Notes: generated by a model not told the origin, from the letters alone. Shown: positions 47,438 through 57,208, numbered from the stretch's first letter. The stretch: 64,000 nucleotides of DNA from an uncultured Gammaproteobacteria bacterium (GCA_964592785.1 CAZQHU010000004.1:72-64071), one strand, 5' to 3'. Numbers and translations: made by a program.

Positions 47438-49513
47438 TCACTTCTTCCCTTCAGCAATCTGTGCCTCAATATTTTTTGGCACATCTGCATAATGATCAAA
47501 TTCCATAGCATAAGTAGCCCGGCCCTGTGACATGGAGCGTAAATCTGTAGCATAACCAAACATTTCTGAAAGAGGAACCATGGCGCGCACCACTTTGGCA
47601 GTACCACGCTGAGTCATCTCCAAAATCTGTCCGCGTTTGGAATTAAGATTGCCGATCACATCACCCATGTATTCTTCTGGAGTGGTCACTTCTACTTTCA
47701 TTACTGGTTCCAAAACTACAGGACTAGCTTTTTTGGCAGCCTCTTGAAAGGCCATAATACCAGCCATTTTGAAAGCGATTTCTGAAGAGTCAACTTCATG
47801 GTAAGAACCATCAAAAACAGTCACTTGCAAATCCACCACTGGGAAACCAGCTACCACACCTTTATCAATTGCTTCTTTCACGCCTTTTTGAATGGCTGGA
47901 ATATATTCGCGAGGAATAACACCACCTTTGACTTCATCAATAAATTCAAATCCTTGTCCACGTTCACGAGGTTCAAGTTTGAGATAGCAATGACCATATT
48001 GACCGCGTCCACCAGACTGTTTGATGTATTTACCTTCAGCTTCGGCACTCTGGCGAATAGTCTCTTTATAAGCTACTTGTGGCTTACCAACTTTGGCCTC
48101 CACTTTAAATTCACGCTTCATGCGATCCACAATGATTTCCAAATGCAATTCACCCATACCAGAAATAATAGTCTGTAATGTTTCTTGATCAGTATGAACT
48201 CGAAAAGTCGGATCTTCTTCAGCCAACTTTTGTAAAGCCAAGCTCATCTTCTCAGCATCAGCTTTGGTGTTTGGTTCAATGGCAATATCAATCACTGGTT
48301 CAGGGAAAACAATTTTTTCCAAAAGTACCGGACGATTTTCTGCGCAAAGAGTATCTCCAGTAGTGGTAGATTTAAGTCCTACTGCCGCAGCAATCTCTCC
48401 AGCATAAACTTCATTTACATCTTCTCGATGATTGGCATGAAGTCTAACAATACGACTAATACGTTCTTTTTCTCCATTGGAAGTATTGATTACATAGCTA
48501 CCAGCAGTCAAAACACCGGAATAAACTCGAAAAAAAGCCAACTTTCCCACAAAAGGATCAGTGGCTATTTTGAAAGCCAAAGCAGTAAAAGGAGCACTGT
48601 CATCAGCTTTAACAATTATTTCTTTGGTTTCATCATTAGGATCATGAGCTTTGATATCTGGCACATCCAGAGGTGAAGGTAAGAAGTAAGTGACAGCATC
48701 CAACACCAACTGCACCCCCATATTTTGCAAAGCTGAACCACACATTACAGGGTACATCTCATCTTGCAAAACCAAAGCGCGAATGCCAGACTTTATTTCA
48801 ACTTCAGTAAATTCTCCACCATTTAAATATTTATTCATGAGTTCATCATTAGCTTCAGCCACTTTTTCCAACAATTGAGCCCGATAAGTTTGAGCTCTTT
48901 CCAATTCTTCAGCTGGAATTTCCATTTCCACGATATTTTCACCGCTCTTACCTTCAAATTTATAAGCTTTCATTTTGATAAGATCAATGATCCCGGAAAA
49001 AGAAGATTCAGCCCCGATTGATAATTGAATAGCAAAAGCTTTGGGGGATAATCTTTCTTTAATGGAATTTAAACTCATATAAAAATCCGCACCCATCTTG
49101 TCCATTTTATTGACAAAACAAATTCTTGGCACGCGATATTTATCAGCTTGACGCCAAACTGTTTCAGATTGTGGCTCCACACCTTGGGAACCATCAAAAA
49201 CAGCTACTGCGCCATCGAGTACGCGCAAAGATCTTTCTACTTCCACAGTAAAGTCCACGTGGCCGGGAGTGTCAATAAGATTGATACGATGATCTTTCCA
49301 AAAACAAGTGGTGGCAGCTGAAGTAATAGTGATACCACGTTCTTTTTCTTGTTCCATCCAATCCATTTCAGCGGCTCCTTCATGTACTTCACCAATCTTA
49401 TGTTTCTTACCAGTATAAAAAAGAATACGTTCTGAAACAGTAGTCTTACCGGCATCAATATGAGCGGCAATACCAATGTTCCTGGTTTTGTCTAATGAAT
49501 ATTCACGAGGCAT
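47438..49513 (-). CDS. fusA: Elongation factor G
   Basis: [37 protein letters not shown]. Confidence 0.99.
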   Translation of the reverse strand: MPREYSLDKTRNIGIAAHIDAGKTTVSERILFYTGKKHKIGEVHEGAAEMDWMEQEKERGITITSAATTCFWKDHRINLIDTPGHVDFTVEVERSLRVLDGAVAVFDGSQGVEPQSETVWRQADKYRVPRICFVNKMDKMGADFYMSLNSIKERLSPKAFAIQLSIGAESSFSGIIDLIKMKAYKFEGKSGENIVEMEIPAEELERAQTYRAQLLEKVAEANDELMNKYLNGGEFTEVEIKSGIRALVLQDEMYPVMCGSALQNMGVQLVLDAVTYFLPSPLDVPDIKAHDPNDETKEIIVKADDSAPFTALAFKIATDPFVGKLAFFRVYSGVLTAGSYVINTSNGEKERISRIVRLHANHREDVNEVYAGEIAAAVGLKSTTTGDTLCAENRPVLLEKIVFPEPVIDIAIEPNTKADAEKMSLALQKLAEEDPTFRVHTDQETLQTIISGMGELHLEIIVDRMKREFKVEAKVGKPQVAYKETIRQSAEAEGKYIKQSGGRGQYGHCYLKLEPRERGQGFEFIDEVKGGVIPREYIPAIQKGVKEAIDKGVVAGFPVVDLQVTVFDGSYHEVDSSEIAFKMAGIMAFQEAAKKASPVVLEPVMKVEVTTPEEYMGDVIGNLNSKRGQILEMTQRGTAKVVRAMVPLSEMFGYATDLRSMSQGRATYAMEFDHYADVPKNIEAQIAEGKK

Positions 49514-49520
49514 AAGTTTA

Positions 49521-49645
49521 TTCATTCCGAGCGTAGCGAGGAATCTTTCTCACCTCGTACATATCGGAGTGTTTAGTTATTGATTTAAAAAAGTTTGTAA
49601 TAGGAAAGATTCCTCACCCTCGCTTGAACTCGGGTTCGGAATGAA
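49521..49645. repeat. REP-like doublet filling the rpsG-fusA spacer
   Basis: TTCATTCCGAGCGTAGCGAGGAATCT ... AGATTCCTC...TTCGGAATGAA. Confidence 0.85.
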
Positions 49646-49646
49646 C

Positions 49647-50120
49647 CTACCGACGAGCGAAGTGAGCAAAAGCTTTGTTGGCTTCAGCCATGCGCACCAC
49701 ATCTTCTTTTTTCTTCATCGCGCCACCGGTTCCTGCCAAAACATCCAACATTTCACTAGAAAGTTTTTCAATCATGTTTTGACCTTTACGTTCACGCGCA
49801 GCACCAATAATCCAACGAAAGGCCAAAGCATTTTGACGCTCTGCTGGTACTGGCATTGGCACTTGGTAGTTCGCGCCACCGACACGACGAGAGCGGACTT
49901 CAACTGAAGGCCTGACTGTGTCCATCACTTGTTCAAATAAAACTACAGCATCAGCTTTTTTAACTTCTTGAAGTTTTTCCAAAGCACCATAAACAATTTC
50001 TTGAGCTCGGGTCTTTTTTCCGCTTTCCATGATCATGTTAATAAATTTGGCCAACAAAACACTATTATATTTTGGTTCTGGAGCCAAAACTCTTTTTGGT
50101 ACACTTTTTCCTCTAGGCAT
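49647..50120 (-). CDS. rpsG: 30S ribosomal protein S7
   Basis: EVRSRRVGGANYQVP, MAEANKAFAH. Confidence 0.98.
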   Translation of the reverse strand: MPRGKSVPKRVLAPEPKYNSVLLAKFINMIMESGKKTRAQEIVYGALEKLQEVKKADAVVLFEQVMDTVRPSVEVRSRRVGGANYQVPMPVPAERQNALAFRWIIGAARERKGQNMIEKLSSEMLDVLAGTGGAMKKKEDVVRMAEANKAFAHFARR

Positions 50121-50128
50121 ATAGTTCG

Positions 50129-50260
50129 TTCATTCCGAGCGTAGCGAGGAATCCTTCTTGCCTCGAACGTAGTCGGAATGTTTATTTTATGATTTAAAAA
50201 AGTTTTAATTTAAGAAAGATTCCTCGTTTAGTCCGTGCGAACGGACTCACTCGGAATGAA
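50129..50260. repeat. REP-like doublet filling the rpsL-rpsG spacer
   Basis: TTCATTCCGAGCGTAGCGAGGAATCC ... AGATTCCTC...CTCGGAATGAA. Confidence 0.85.
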
Positions 50261-50267
50261 CCTAAAA

Positions 50268-50693
50268 TTATTTACCAGCTTTCGGTCTCTTGGCTCCGTA
50301 GATAGAACGACCTTTACGACGGGCTTCTACACCCTGGGTGTCATAAACACCGCGAACAATATGATAACGAACACCTGGCAAGTCTTTTACACGGCCACCG
50401 CGAATAAGCACAATAGAGTGCTCTTGAAGATTGTGTCCTTCACCAGGAATATAAGCGATTACTTCCAAACCATTGCTAAGTCTAACCTTGGCGACTTTAC
50501 GCAAAGCTGAGTTTGGTTTCTTTGGAGTAGTGGTATAAACCTTGGTACAAACTCCACGTTTAAATGGGCAACCGCGACGCAAAGTGGTCTTGGCGCGATG
50601 CAAACTATCGTAGGTAAATTGCAAAGCCGGTGACTTGGATTTCACTGTCTTTGGATGTCTTCCCTTACGAATGATTTGATTCATTGTAGGCAT
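50268..50693 (-). CDS. rpsL: 30S ribosomal protein S12
   Basis: [23 protein letters not shown]. Confidence 0.99.
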   Translation of the reverse strand: MPTMNQIIRKGRHPKTVKSKSPALQFTYDSLHRAKTTLRRGCPFKRGVCTKVYTTTPKKPNSALRKVAKVRLSNGLEVIAYIPGEGHNLQEHSIVLIRGGRVKDLPGVRYHIVRGVYDTQGVEARRKGRSIYGAKRPKAGK

Positions 50694-50701
50694 AAGATTT
50701 A

Positions 50702-50817
50702 TTCATTCCGAACGAAGTGAGGAATCTTTTCCAACACGTACGTTCTTAAATAAAATTAAATAAAATAAAATTATTTTTTCTTAATAAAGATCTCTCACCC
50801 TTTGGGCTCGAGATGAA
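50702..50817. repeat. REP-like doublet in the rpsL leader
   Basis: TTCATTCCGAACGAAGTGAGGAATCT ... AGATCTCTC...CTCGAGATGAA. Confidence 0.8.
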
Positions 50818-50961
50818 CAAAAAAACGTCCTTTAAAGACGCTAGAAAAAACTATTTTTTCAAACGTCTGCACCTCTTCGGCGCACATTCACCTTGTCCGC
50901 CATAATAGCGGGGGTTACTACGTTGACCACATTCTACAACAAAGCCAAAAACTTGTCAAGT

Positions 50962-51008
50962 CCCACCCGCAACGCCTGAGCAAGCTCATGCTTACGATGG
51001 CGGGCCGG
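50962..51008. repeat. Miniature hairpin element between back-to-back -35 boxes
   Basis: CCCACCCGC...GGCGGGCCGG, flanked by TTGTCAAG and CTTGACA. Confidence 0.6.
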
Positions 51009-51009
51009 C

Positions 51010-51038
51010 TTGACAAAATCCAATAAATGTACTATACT
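51010..51038 (+). promoter_or_regulatory. Sigma70 promoter
   Basis: TTGACA-17-TATACT. Confidence 0.75.
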
Positions 51039-51140
51039 TATCAGTCATTACTGTGTCTGTCTTGGACACGATTGACAATCTAGGCACTGGCAGGAAGCCA
51101 GGCTAGTGAATTCATTTCACGGAAGTGAGGAGGAAACACA

Positions 51141-51653
51141 ATGATCCGCATCATCTTGGCCATGACCATGATCCTGTCCCTGGCCGCCTGCAACGACGAC
51201 ATCAAGGCCGAGCTGGCCCAGACCAAGGCCGATCTGGCTCGGGTCCAGTCGGATCTCAACCAGGTGGTCGAGTACCACCGCCTGACCCAGGCGATCCAGG
51301 AGGAGACCATGCTCCTCCAGGATCTGCGCGAACAGACCCAGACTCTGAACAAGGACCTGGACTCCCTGGCCAATCGCGCCATCCTGGCACGGTCAGCACT
51401 GCCTGCGCAGGCCTACCTCTGTAAGGGCAACCGTTCTTGCGAGGAAGAGACGGCAGCCAAGGCCAAGATCGAGGCTGTGAAGATGAATGAGGAAGTCGAC
51501 ACCCTCAATGCCCGATCCAAGCAACTGGGCGAGGAGACCAGCCTCCACATCACTCGACACAAGCAGGCGGAGACGGCCATGAAGGTCGCACGGGCGGCGC
51601 TCCCACCCGATCTGCAAGAACGCCTCCTCGGAGTAAGGGAGTCTTCCCACTAG
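51141..51653 (+). CDS. GC-rich coiled-coil lipoprotein (orphan cassette)
   Basis: Signal peptide with LAAC lipobox; heptad repeats; AGGAGG RBS; strong G/C at third codon positions. Confidence 0.8.
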   Translation: MIRIILAMTMILSLAACNDDIKAELAQTKADLARVQSDLNQVVEYHRLTQAIQEETMLLQDLREQTQTLNKDLDSLANRAILARSALPAQAYLCKGNRSCEEETAAKAKIEAVKMNEEVDTLNARSKQLGEETSLHITRHKQAETAMKVARAALPPDLQERLLGVRESSH

Positions 51654-51832
51654 CTCTTTCGCCGTGACGACATACAGTGTCTCTCTGTACCCCGACCCAG
51701 TCGGGAACGCCAGAGGACCCGTGTCACTCACGGCTCACCCTCTATATTTTTCACGAAGAATATTGAGGATAATAAAAAATTCACCTCATCGGTGAATTTT
51801 TTATTTCTGTGTAATCTGTTATTAATCAGTGT

Positions 51833-52450
51833 TTAAAAATACACTCCCCCACCCGTAAACAAACTAGTAAGGAAATAAATAATCGGCTGAATAAAACGAA
51901 AGCCAAAAAATATAAAAGCTATTAAAATTACAAAACCATATTGTTCCAGCATCATTTTGATCTTATACTGGGAATCGGGTAACAAAGCATAAAGCAACTT
52001 GGAACCATCAAGTGGTGGAATCGGCACAAGATTGAATACTGCCAAAAGCACATTGGCATAAACAATAATATAAAGAAAAACTGTCATGTTGGAAATAGGT
52101 AAATAACGAACCAAGAGCCCAAAAACAAAAGCCAATGTCAAATTACTAAGTGGACCGGCTAGAGCCACCCACACCGGTCCCCATTTTTGATCTTTCAAAT
52201 TGTAAGGATTGTAGGGCACTGGCTTGGCATAGGCAAAAAGAAACCTCCCGGCTGTGAAAAAAAATAACAATAGTGGCATTATGATGGTGCCCCATTTATC
52301 TATATGAGCTCGTGGATCCATGGTCAACCGTCCAGCATAGCGCGCTGTCGGATCACCCAGCATATCTGCCATCCAACCATGAGAATACTCATGAATAATG
52401 GAGGAAGGAATAATAACAACGAGAAAAAATAATAAGGGTAAAAAATCCAT
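51833..52450 (-). CDS. Site-2 protease (peptidase M50)
   Basis: HEYSH, ALAGP, FNLVPIPPLDGSK. Confidence 0.95.
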   Translation of the reverse strand: MDFLPLLFFLVVIIPSSIIHEYSHGWMADMLGDPTARYAGRLTMDPRAHIDKWGTIIMPLLLFFFTAGRFLFAYAKPVPYNPYNLKDQKWGPVWVALAGPLSNLTLAFVFGLLVRYLPISNMTVFLYIIVYANVLLAVFNLVPIPPLDGSKLLYALLPDSQYKIKMMLEQYGFVILIAFIFFGFRFIQPIIYFLTSLFTGGGVYF

Positions 52451-52602
52451 AATTAGATTAAAATTGAAAAATTAATAAACTAAAAAATTTTAATTTCTTA
52501 ATTTTCCAATTTCCGAATTTCTCTGTATATTGACAACTTTTTAATTTTAAGTTATAATTCAGCCACTTTTTATTATACTATCATACTTAAACAAAAAATA
52601 CT

Positions 52603-52767
52603 ATGTCTAGAATTTGTTCTACCTGTGGCAAAACTGCTATCAAAGCTGCCAACCGCAGTCACTCCAAAGTAAAAACTTTACGTCGTCAAAAACCAAATCT
52701 GCAAAAAGTTGGCGGAAAAATGGTTTGCACACGTTGTATCAAGACCACAGCCAAGAAAAACAAATAA
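52603..52767 (+). CDS. rpmB: 50S ribosomal protein L28 (54 aa, missing from the ORF track)
   Basis: MSRICSTCGK...NRSHSKVKTLRRQKPNLQ...VCTRCIKT. Confidence 0.95.
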   Translation: MSRICSTCGKTAIKAANRSHSKVKTLRRQKPNLQKVGGKMVCTRCIKTTAKKNK

Positions 52768-52798
52768 TCTTAAATCCGCCTATTCGGCGGATTTTTTG

Positions 52799-52871
52799 TC
52801 GGGCTAGCGGGACTTGAACCCACGACCTCATGCACCCCATGCATGCGCGCTACCAACTGCGCTATAGCCCG
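52799..52871 (-). tRNA. tRNA-Pro(GGG)
   Basis: CGGGCTA...CATGC-AT-GGG-GT-GCATG...TAGCCCG-A; no encoded CCA. Confidence 0.95.
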
Positions 52872-52950
52872 TCCGACAAATTATAACAGGATAACATAAA
52901 AAATCAAGGTAAATAAACCAACCGCGTCTGACGCGGTGGGTTTTGTATTA

Positions 52951-53214
52951 TCAATTTGCTTCCTCTTTAGGAGGATCTTTAAAAAGAGCATCTAAAGGAT
53001 TTTTACCTTTTACAAAACCACCACCTTTTCTATTTTCAGGGTTAGAAACAGTCATACCTGCTGTTAAGTCAGGTGCTCTATAAACACCCCTGCTGGCATT
53101 ATATTCTTCTGGAGTCAAACGACGACTAGAAGATTTACCACCACCTCTTTGGTGCCCCATTCTTTGATCGACACGATCTGCTGGATTTTCTCCATAACGA
53201 AAAATTTCTCGCAT
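52951..53214 (-). CDS. Hypothetical low-complexity protein
   Basis: 87-aa ORF directly after the HD gene. Confidence 0.55.
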   Translation of the reverse strand: MREIFRYGENPADRVDQRMGHQRGGGKSSSRRLTPEEYNASRGVYRAPDLTAGMTVSNPENRKGGGFVKGKNPLDALFKDPPKEEAN

Positions 53215-53225
53215 AAATTTTAAAA

Positions 53226-53738
53226 TTAAGAATTAAATAAAATACTTTTTAAATCATTCACAAATATTCCCCTCAAATTATCAGATAAATTATCCAAGAG
53301 CAATTTGACAAACTTTTTATAATTAACCAATTCTCTCTCACCTCTTTCATTTTTCAATTCTGCATAATAACAACAACTATCCACTACATCAGCTATTTTT
53401 ACTGCCAAAGCGTCATCCCCCACTTCTCGGCATCTGGTAATCATGTCCTCTGCTCTATTCATAGTACCCTCTATATTTTTATTTTTTGAATTTGCCTTCA
53501 CAATAGCCAACACTTTACTGCCAAATCTCTCTTCCAGTTCACTCTCTGTTGTCTCGGACCACTCCAGAGAATCGTGGAGTAAACCAGCATTGACTATATC
53601 ATCCGAAAAACCTTTCTCATACAAATATTTACCTACTCTGTTTACATGTGGCAAAGCCGGCTTATTTGGGCTACACATGTTTGAATTTTTCAAAAAATCT
53701 AGAGTAAATTCAAATTTTTCTTCAAATCGCTTTGGCAT
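53226..53738 (-). CDS. HD-domain protein, small alarmone hydrolase/Mesh1-like
   Basis: PH..RV...AGLLHDSLE...FG..V..IV...VKIAD. Confidence 0.8.
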   Translation of the reverse strand: MPKRFEEKFEFTLDFLKNSNMCSPNKPALPHVNRVGKYLYEKGFSDDIVNAGLLHDSLEWSETTESELEERFGSKVLAIVKANSKNKNIEGTMNRAEDMITRCREVGDDALAVKIADVVDSCCYYAELKNERGERELVNYKKFVKLLLDNLSDNLRGIFVNDLKSILFNS

Positions 53739-53774
53739 ATAACTTTATGAACTTTTTACTTTATGGACTTTCAA

Positions 53775-54896
53775 CTACTGTATAAACATCGCGTCGCCAA
53801 AACTGTAAAAACGATATTTTTCTTCCACTGCCTCACTATAACATCTTAACATAAACTGCCGGCCTTCGCCAAAGCTTCGGCCGACAAGCCTATCATCTAC
53901 AAATGCCGACACTAACATTAATAATGTAGACTTGGGTAGATGAAAATTGGTAATCATGGCATCCACCACCTGAAATCTGAAACCGGGCTTAATAAAAATA
54001 TCAATATCACCTTGAAATGCTTCAAATTTCTTATCGGCATATTCTTTTAGACGGACAATTCCTTCCAAAGTTCTCACTGTGGTTGTCCCTACAGCGATCA
54101 CTCTTCTACCCTCGGCTTTGGCATTATTTATTTTCTCAGCATTTTCTTGAGACAATTCCACCCACTCGCTGTGCATAGTGTGGTCCTCTATATTTTCTGA
54201 TTTTATCGGCAAAAAAGTACCAAGCCCAACATGCAGAGTCACTTCAGCAAATTCCACGCCTTTATTTTTTAATTTTTCAATAAGTTCTGGAGTAAAATGA
54301 AAACCAGCAGTCGGTGCTGCCACTGAACCTTCCTGTTTGGCATAAACTGTTTGATAAATCTCCAATTGATCTGGTTCATTTTTTACATATGGTGGTACAG
54401 GAATATGCCCATATTTATTGGCTTTTTCTCTTACCTGCTCGGCATTGTCAGGAAATTGAACCAAAATTGTACCATCATTTTCTTTGACCAGAGCATCACA
54501 ATAAAAATTCGGGGCGAAACGCACTCGCATACCAGCACGCAAATGACGGCCGGGCTTGGCCAATACCCGCCAAACTCCTTGGTTGGGCATTTCGCGAATT
54601 AAAAAAATTTCCAATTTTTTAGATTTTAACAAAGGTTTATCTGGAACGCCATCTTTATTTATATCTTTTTCTATTGGTTCCAATGTCCCTAAAAGTCGAG
54701 CTTTAAAAACTTTGGAATTATTCCAAACCAATAAATCTCCAGACTGGAGATAATCCAAAATATCAAAAAAATGTTTATGTTCTATAGCTTTATTTTTTTT
54801 ATCCACCACCATGAGACGAGAGTGATCACGTGGTTCAACAGGTTTTTGGGCAATAAGTTCTTCGGGTAAATTGTAATCAAAATCAAGAGTCTTCAT
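53775..54896 (-). CDS. queA: S-adenosylmethionine:tRNA ribosyltransferase-isomerase
   Basis: FDYNLPEELIAQKP, YQTVYA, AAPTAGFHF, TLHVGLGTF, NFHLPKSTL, YRFYSFGDAM. Confidence 0.97.
   Translation of the reverse strand: MKTLDFDYNLPEELIAQKPVEPRDHSRLMVVDKKNKAIEHKHFFDILDYLQSGDLLVWNNSKVFKARLLGTLEPIEKDINKDGVPDKPLLKSKKLEIFLIREMPNQGVWRVLAKPGRHLRAGMRVRFAPNFYCDALVKENDGTILVQFPDNAEQVREKANKYGHIPVPPYVKNEPDQLEIYQTVYAKQEGSVAAPTAGFHFTPELIEKLKNKGVEFAEVTLHVGLGTFLPIKSENIEDHTMHSEWVELSQENAEKINNAKAEGRRVIAVGTTTVRTLEGIVRLKEYADKKFEAFQGDIDIFIKPGFRFQVVDAMITNFHLPKSTLLMLVSAFVDDRLVGRSFGEGRQFMLRCYSEAVEEKYRFYSFGDAMFIQ
53856..53888. repeat. Miniature hairpin element in-frame in queA
   Basis: CTGCCGGCCTTCGCCAAAGCTTCGGCCGACAAG, encoding LVGRSFGEGRQ. 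Confidence 0.75.
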
Positions 54897-56035
54897 AAAT
54901 ATTTTTGTCTGTTCAAATTATGTTCCTCCAAAGTCTTGGCATAATATACTTTACCATTCTTATCAGTTAGAAAGTACCAATAATTATTTTTTTGGGGATA
55001 AAGCGCAGCTTGAATGGACACTAAAGAAGGATTGCAAATCGGACCCAGAGGAAGACCGGGATATTTATAAGTATTCCAAGGTGAATTGGAGTCTCTATCT
55101 TCGGTAGTAGTAAACACACTACCGGATTTGCCAACTGCGTAGTGGATTGTTGAATCAGCCTGGAGTGCCCAATTGATATGGTAACGTCGCCAAAAAATAT
55201 CAGCTACCATTTTCTTATCTTCTAGACTTCTCACTTCTTGCTCCAAAATACTGGCCATAGTTAAAATTTCAAAAAAACTTCTCCCACTCTTCTCAATATC
55301 ACCCCACATTTCCGAAGTAATTTGTTTTTCTCGCTCCTGCAAAAGTTTATTAATAATATCCGGAACTGAAGAATTTTTGTATATACGATAAGTGTCTGGC
55401 GCTAGATAACCCTCATAACTTACATACCACGGTTTGTTTTGTAAAATTTTTAGATCCAAATCAATCTTTGGCGCGCCTTCTGCCCAAGTTTTATAATTAA
55501 CTGCTGGCAAACCCGCATATTCAGTAATTTCCTCCTGTTGGAATTTACCTAAATTTTCCAAATAAATTGCTATGTCGCGGATTGTCCAACCAGGAATGAT
55601 AGTGATCACTTCTTCACTTAAACCAGGTTGACCCAAAGCTTGGGCTACCCGCGCCAAAGTAATTGGTGCCACCACTTCAAACTCACCGATATTGATTTTT
55701 TTGTCTATTCCAGCCAAAGCCAAGTACTTCTTAAAAAACCAAGCACTACGAATAATATTTTCTTGTTCCAAACGTTTTGCCAAAGCACTCACACTTTCTC
55801 CTTGTTTAACCTCAAACTTCACCGATTCTGCTTTCTGTGTCGAAGCCGTATAAATTTCCGTATACAAAAACCAAAACCCAATTACCAGACAAGTAATTAA
55901 AATAACAAAACTTAATTTAAAAATTTTAAGATTGTTTATAAATTTAGAATTAAAAATTAAAAATTTTATAATTCTCTCTCGCCCACTCCAATCTCTCTGG
56001 TACCCCAATATCCACCCAAGCCCGGTCTGACTCAT
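54893..56035 (-). CDS. mltG: Endolytic transglycosylase MltG (start uncertain)
   Basis: ITIIPGW, EGYLAPDTY, MASILEQE, LQADST, SPWNTYKYPGLPLGPICNP. Confidence 0.93.
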   Translation of the reverse strand: MSQTGLGWILGYQRDWSGRERIIKFLIFNSKFINNLKIFKLSFVILITCLVIGFWFLYTEIYTASTQKAESVKFEVKQGESVSALAKRLEQENIIRSAWFFKKYLALAGIDKKINIGEFEVVAPITLARVAQALGQPGLSEEVITIIPGWTIRDIAIYLENLGKFQQEEITEYAGLPAVNYKTWAEGAPKIDLDLKILQNKPWYVSYEGYLAPDTYRIYKNSSVPDIINKLLQEREKQITSEMWGDIEKSGRSFFEILTMASILEQEVRSLEDKKMVADIFWRRYHINWALQADSTIHYAVGKSGSVFTTTEDRDSNSPWNTYKYPGLPLGPICNPSLVSIQAALYPQKNNYWYFLTDKNGKVYYAKTLEEHNLNRQKYL

Positions 56036-56645
56036 AAACATACAAGTCTTTCATCTGGGGAAAAACATCATATTCAATGCTAAATTCGGCTGAGGTCGGA
56101 AAATATTTTTCAATCTGCGGATTGAAAATATATACTCCACCATTAATAAACCCTGGTTCTTTTTTACCTTGTTTTTCCAAAAATTTTTCCAAATGATAAT
56201 TTTTATCATATTGTAAAGTTCCATAAACTGAGGCATCTTCTACAAAACTCCCCAAAATCAAACCATCACTTTCCGGTTTCAAATAATGGAGCATTTGTGA
56301 AAAATCCACAGTAGTCAAAACATCACCATTCAGAATAATTGTCGGCTCGATTTTTTTTTCTGTATAAGATAAGCCGTGTTTGATCGCCCCCCCTGTCCCC
56401 AATTTTTTGTCTTCAATAGCGTAAATCAATTCCAAACCGTTCCTCATATTCCCCGCTCGGTCGTACAATTCTTTGGCCAAGTGACCAGCTGCCAAAATAA
56501 CTTTTTCAATGCCAATTTTTTTCAATTTTTCCAATTGCCAATCCAAAACGGTTCGACCGCCAATCTCCAATAAAATTTTAGGAGTAGTCTTGGTGATCTC
56601 ACCCAAACGAGTAGACAAACCCCCACAAAGAATAATCGCGTTCAT
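55950..56645 (-). CDS. Sugar-phosphate nucleotidyltransferase
   Basis: AIILCGGLSTRL...PK, LGTGGAI, LNGD, INGGVY, WVDIG. Confidence 0.92.
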   Translation of the reverse strand: MNAIILCGGLSTRLGEITKTTPKILLEIGGRTVLDWQLEKLKKIGIEKVILAAGHLAKELYDRAGNMRNGLELIYAIEDKKLGTGGAIKHGLSYTEKKIEPTIILNGDVLTTVDFSQMLHYLKPESDGLILGSFVEDASVYGTLQYDKNYHLEKFLEKQGKKEPGFINGGVYIFNPQIEKYFPTSAEFSIEYDVFPQMKDLYVYESDRAWVDIGVPERLEWARENYKIFNF

Positions 56646-57208
56646 AATAAATTTATCAGCCAAACATAAACTGGTTGAGTAAAATTACCCAAAAGCCAAG
56701 AAGACACCAAAACAAAAACCAAAGCATACAACATCCCACCGACAACATCTCTAGGGTAATGCACACCAACGTAAATACGCCCCAGAGCGACCAAACTGGC
56801 ACAAATAAAAAAGAAAAAAATCCAAAACCAACCAGCACCGGCTAACACCGCCAAGAGATAAAAAATAAATGACATCATAGTATGATCAGAAGGAAAAGAT
56901 TTGAAAACTTGCAAAGGCCTAATCAATTCTTTTATTTCAGGAAAATCCATCACCGGACGTGGATTTTTGAAAATTAGCGCTCCCAGCCAACTAACGGCCA
57001 AAGCCACTGCCGAAGAAGTGAGAATCAATTTGATAAATAATTTAAATTCTACTGGTGGCAAAACTACCAAACCCCAAGCTAAAACTAAAAAAATTAAAAA
57101 ATAAATAAGATACTGAGCAAAAAAAACCATAACCACATCCAGCCAACGACGAACGCCTGTTTGTTCATTTATTTTCAAAAATAATTTTTGAGACCAAGAC
57201 AATTTCAT
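56642..57208 (-). CDS. PAP2-family (undecaprenyl-diphosphate) phosphatase
   Basis: PRP, SFPSDH, GRIYVGVHYPRD. Confidence 0.92.
   Translation of the reverse strand: MKLSWSQKLFLKINEQTGVRRWLDVVMVFFAQYLIYFLIFLVLAWGLVVLPPVEFKLFIKLILTSSAVALAVSWLGALIFKNPRPVMDFPEIKELIRPLQVFKSFPSDHTMMSFIFYLLAVLAGAGWFWIFFFFICASLVALGRIYVGVHYPRDVVGGMLYALVFVLVSSWLLGNFTQPVYVWLINLL

Noticed and set aside
29363-49513. Alternative genetic code (UGA read as Gly/Trp)
   Set aside because: secY and fusA end in TGA at the expected positions, and conserved genes are uninterrupted under code 11.
49521-50817. CRISPR array
   Set aside because: The repeats are inverted doublets separated by whole genes, with no regular spacers or cas genes.
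51080-51731. Overlapping alternative-frame ORFs around the lipoprotein
   Set aside because: Expected from GC-rich, stop-poor sequence; only 51141-51653 has an RBS, signal peptide and codon bias.
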